This document shows, piece after piece, positions 60,580 through 64,000 of a stretch of DNA of 64,000 nucleotides. The notes under the pieces are model-generated. The model did no database searches, had not been told where the DNA came from, and saw only the letters and a program-made list of their open reading frames with translations. Each line of letters opens with the position of its first letter. Within the stretch, counting starts at the first letter, position 1. Both the position numbers and the translations under genes were made by a program. The DNA comes from a bacterium (GTDB taxonomy: Bacteria > Zhuqueibacterota > Zhuqueibacteria > Residuimicrobiales > Krinioviventaceae), in NCBI GenBank assembly GCA_963675755.2, contig CAXXMD010000002.1, forward strand, positions 928,001 to 992,000, read 5' to 3'.

Positions 60580-61137
60580 ATGTCTAACACACCATCATCC
60601 ATGGTGCCATTGGGAAGTGTTGCACCAGAATTTAATTTAATAGATACCGTTAGTGATAAACAATACAGTCTGCAAGATTTGAAATCCGATAAAGCTACAG
60701 TTATCATGTTCATTTGTAATCACTGTCCGTTTGTCAAACATGTTGAAAACAGACTTGTTGAACTGAGTGAAGAATATATAGCAAAAGGTATTTCCTTTAT
60801 CGCAATCAGTTCAAATGATGCAGATACGTACCCTGATGACGCACCGCATTTAATGAAACAGAATGCAATATTTCAGGGATACCCATTTCCTTATTTATAT
60901 GACGAATCTCAATCAGTTGCCAAAGCTTACCAGGCTGCTTGCACACCTGACTTTTTTGTTTATGACAAAGACTTGAAACTGGTTTATAGAGGACAAATGG
61001 ATGATTCTCGACCTAAAAGTGATATTCCGGTAACAGGCAAAGACCTTACTGATGCTCTTGAAAACATACTTGCAGATGAACCGGTTAATAACGATCAAAA
61101 ACCAAGTATGGGCTGCAATATAAAATGGAAAACATGA
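60580..61137 (+). CDS. Thioredoxin-fold AhpC/TSA-like (PRX-like) protein
   Basis: FICNHCPFV, FPYLYDESQ, ACTPDFF, YRGQMDD, GCNIKW. Confidence 0.9.
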   Translation: MSNTPSSMVPLGSVAPEFNLIDTVSDKQYSLQDLKSDKATVIMFICNHCPFVKHVENRLVELSEEYIAKGISFIAISSNDADTYPDDAPHLMKQNAIFQGYPFPYLYDESQSVAKAYQAACTPDFFVYDKDLKLVYRGQMDDSRPKSDIPVTGKDLTDALENILADEPVNNDQKPSMGCNIKWKT

Positions 61138-61228
61138 TGCTTTTATCATGATTGCCTGCTGAACAAGGAAATTAGGATATCAAAATAAAAAAGAAATAAA
61201 TTTTCACTAGAATATAAAGGGCTGTCTA

Positions 61229-64000
61229 ATGAAGAAAAGTGTTTTACTTTTATTGTTTTGCTTCCTTTACCTTGTCAACTGTCAACCGGATTACACAAAA
61301 TCCAGTGCGGGCAATCATTACACTTCTTTTAAAGATCTAGAATCTGAATTCAAATCTCCTTCCGCATCATATCGCACGGCTCCATTATGGGTATGGCATT
61401 ACAAAGTTACAAATGATGAAATTGATTACAGTCTTGAAGCCCTTCATTCCCAGGGAATTGGCGGAGTATTTATACATCCACGTGCTGGCCTTGTTACCGA
61501 ATACTTGTCTGATGAGTGGTTTTCTTTGTACAACCACGCCATTGAAAAAGGTAAATCCTTAAATATGAATGTGTGGATTTATGATGAAAACACTTATCCC
61601 AGTGGATTTGGCGGAGGTCACGTACCTGCCGAAATGCCTGAATCTTATAACCAGGGACAGGGATTGGAAATGACCAAAGTATCTTCACTCCCTAAAGACG
61701 TGTTCACCAATTATGAACTGGTACTCAAAAAAGTTGGTAATCAGTATATAGTAGTAAATTCTAATGAAAAAACGGATACGGGTGAATACTATATATTTAA
61801 AAAATTATACTTTAGCAAGGGAAAATGGTATGGTGGGTATTCATATGTTGATCTGATATATCCGGGGGTTACGGATAAATTTATCGAGATCACCATGAGT
61901 GGTTATGAAAAACATATAGGCAAAGAATTTGGAAATTCTGTTCCCGGTATTTTTACAGACGAGCCCAACATCAGTACACCAAGAAGGAAAAACTGTATAC
62001 GGTATACCCCGGACCTGTTTGAACAATTTCAAACTCGTTGGGGATACGATTTGAAACCAAACCTCCCTTCTCTTTACGAAGAAATTGGTGACTGGAAAAA
62101 AATCAGACACAACTATTATGGATTATTGCTGGAATTGTTTATTGACCGATGGAGTAAACCCTGGTTTGAGTATACAGAACAACACAATCTGAACTGGACC
62201 GGGCACTATTGGGAACACGGATGGCCGAGTCCTCATCACGGTGGTGACAATATGGCCATGTATGCCTGGCACCAGGTCCCTTCAATTGACATGCTGTTCA
62301 ATAATTTTTCTAAAACCGGTTCACAATTTGGTAACGCACGTGCAGTTAAAGAATTGAGCAGCGCGGCAAATCAAATGGGCAGGCACAGAACGTTGAGTGA
62401 AACCTATGGCGGTGCCGGTTGGGAATTGACTTTTAAAGATATGAAACGCCTTGGTGATTGGGAATATGTACTGGGTGTTAATTTTATGAACCAGCATCTT
62501 ACTTTTATGTCATTGGCTGGCGATCGCAAACATGATTATCCTCAATCTTTTTCTTACCACGAGCCCTGGTGGCATTTATATAAACCCCTGGCTGATCACT
62601 ATGCCCGATTATCAGCAGTTTTGTCATCCGGTACTCAGAACAACAACATTCTTATACTGGAACCAACCACTTCGGCATGGATGTACTATTCATCAATAGA
62701 ATCCAACAAACGCCTGAATACAATCAAAGAAACATTTACAGAATTCATCAATCTGCTTGAACAGAATCAGGTAGAATATGACCTGGGTAGTGAAAACATA
62801 ATTTCTCACCAGGGTTCTATTGAGAATGGAAAATTCATTGTTGGCAAAAAAGCATATTCAACGCTGGTTCTACCACCTGCGATGGATAATCTGGACTCTG
62901 CAACAGCCGAGCTGACAAAGCAATTTCTGCAGCAAGGCGGCAAAGTAATAAGCTATGTGGATATGCCTCAGTATCTTGAAGGCGAGGCAACTGACATGTT
63001 TACCTCGCTGGCAGATGAATACAAATCAAACTGGCAGCACTATCCTGATGTGGAGACTCATATTCTTGCACTGTTGCTGCCACAGGATATTTCATTTAAA
63101 ACGGACAATAATTCAGACAGCTTGTTATTTCACATGAGACGGCAACTTGATGACGGTCAAATATTGTTTTTGGCAAATTCTGACCTAGAAAAATCAGCAA
63201 AAGGTTCTGTAACATTAAAAGGTAAAGCTATATATGAATTAAATACATTCACAGGAGAAATCAAAAATTACAAGTACAAAGTTGAGGATGAAAATCTAAA
63301 ATTTAAATTTAACCTTCCCCCTGCCGGATCATTATTGTTATTTATTGATTATCAGCATGCATCTCCATCAATGGCAGAACCATTAAAACCGGCATATAAC
63401 AGAATACAATCAAGTCCTTCAAATATCAAAAGAGAAATGCCCAACATCCTGAACCTGGATTATGTTACAGTTGATGTTCAAGGCAATCAATATAACAATA
63501 TCTATTTTGCAGATGCAGCAAAGCATATTTGGCAGGCTCATGGATTTGACAGTAATCCCTGGGACAAAGCAATTCAATATAAACAAACCATTCTTGAAAA
63601 AGATAAATTTGATACGAATTCCGGGTTCAAAGCAACATACACTTTTAACGTGGCAGAAGGTACAGATTTACAATCATTGAGAGCAGTCATTGAAAGACCC
63701 GAACTCTGGCAGGTTCAAATTAATGGCAATACGGTCGACCCTGATATGGACAAATGGTATCTTGACAGGTCATTTAAAATCTATGATATCAACAAGCATG
63801 TAAAATCCGGCAAGAATGAGATAACTCTGGATTGTAAACCCATGTCAATCCACGCCGAGTTGGAACCTATTTATATTATTGGTAATTTCAATCTTGAATC
63901 AACATCCCAAGGGTGGGATATTGTTCCATCCCGTGATATTAAAATGGGTAGCTGGAAAAATCAAGGTCTGCCTCTATACGGACATGGTATGATATATGAA
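61229..64000 (+). CDS. GH106-like (alpha-L-rhamnosidase family) glycoside hydrolase, probable lipoprotein, truncated at the right edge
   Basis: Manual translation MKKSVLLLLFCFLYLVNC...FKSPSASYRTAPLWVW...GIGGVFIHPRAGL...WIYDENTYPSGFGGG...FTDEP; absent from the ORF track because it runs off the window. Confidence 0.82.
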   Translation, partial: MKKSVLLLLFCFLYLVNCQPDYTKSSAGNHYTSFKDLESEFKSPSASYRTAPLWVWHYKVTNDEIDYSLEALHSQGIGGVFIHPRAGLVTEYLSDEWFSLYNHAIEKGKSLNMNVWIYDENTYPSGFGGGHVPAEMPESYNQGQGLEMTKVSSLPKDVFTNYELVLKKVGNQYIVVNSNEKTDTGEYYIFKKLYFSKGKWYGGYSYVDLIYPGVTDKFIEITMSGYEKHIGKEFGNSVPGIFTDEPNISTPRRKNCIRYTPDLFEQFQTRWGYDLKPNLPSLYEEIGDWKKIRHNYYGLLLELFIDRWSKPWFEYTEQHNLNWTGHYWEHGWPSPHHGGDNMAMYAWHQVPSIDMLFNNFSKTGSQFGNARAVKELSSAANQMGRHRTLSETYGGAGWELTFKDMKRLGDWEYVLGVNFMNQHLTFMSLAGDRKHDYPQSFSYHEPWWHLYKPLADHYARLSAVLSSGTQNNNILILEPTTSAWMYYSSIESNKRLNTIKETFTEFINLLEQNQVEYDLGSENIISHQGSIENGKFIVGKKAYSTLVLPPAMDNLDSATAELTKQFLQQGGKVISYVDMPQYLEGEATDMFTSLADEYKSNWQHYPDVETHILALLLPQDISFKTDNNSDSLLFHMRRQLDDGQILFLANSDLEKSAKGSVTLKGKAIYELNTFTGEIKNYKYKVEDENLKFKFNLPPAGSLLLFIDYQHASPSMAEPLKPAYNRIQSSPSNIKREMPNILNLDYVTVDVQGNQYNNIYFADAAKHIWQAHGFDSNPWDKAIQYKQTILEKDKFDTNSGFKATYTFNVAEGTDLQSLRAVIERPELWQVQINGNTVDPDMDKWYLDRSFKIYDINKHVKSGKNEITLDCKPMSIHAELEPIYIIGNFNLESTSQGWDIVPSRDIKMGSWKNQGLPLYGHGMIYE

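Noticed and set aside
2425-63680. Numerous 60-145 aa ORFs nested in or antisense to long genes
   Set aside because: They overlap well-supported CDSs and show no recognisable motifs; treated as shadow ORFs
1-64000. CRISPR arrays, tRNA/rRNA, IS elements, prophage or defence systems
   Set aside because: By eye I found no spaced direct repeats, cloverleaf or rRNA signatures, or transposase, integrase, phage or nuclease-type ORFs

Overview
About 64 kb of AT-rich, gene-dense bacterial chromosome. I found no rRNA, tRNA, CRISPR array, transposase or integrase. A PorV/FadL-like barrel, an SprE/PorW-like TPR lipoprotein, a FlgD-Ig/T9SS-type C-terminal domain and dense D-S/T-x sequons co-occur with clear Shine-Dalgarno sites and TTGACA-type promoters. 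This suggests an FCB-related lineage outside Bacteroidota, such as KSB1 or Calditrichota (inference). Most genes are housekeeping, envelope or metabolic: mazG, cobB, pyrK/pyrD, rlpA, cdsA, queA, pruA, glgB, mntP, an ABC exporter pair and peptidases. Three CDSs missing from the ORF track were read from the sequence: a 52-aa rubredoxin, a 3'-truncated GH106-like hydrolase and a gene start running off the left edge. Best leads: (1) an operon of a Ddl-like ATP-grasp ligase fused to a metal-site-degenerate M20 domain, an atypical gamma-glutamyltransferase and an N-formylglutamate amidohydrolase; (2) a nikR-TonB receptor-lone ECF S component-methyltransferase operon with a visible operator; (3) a candidate ~75-nt sRNA displaying two C6 tracts; (4) a PRMT-like methyltransferase paired with a GNAT; (5) an adenylate cyclase/barrel-TPR operon flanked by related non-coding sequences; (6) motif-degenerate acyl-CoA ligase and EF-G2 neighbours. 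All family calls are by motif recognition, not database search.
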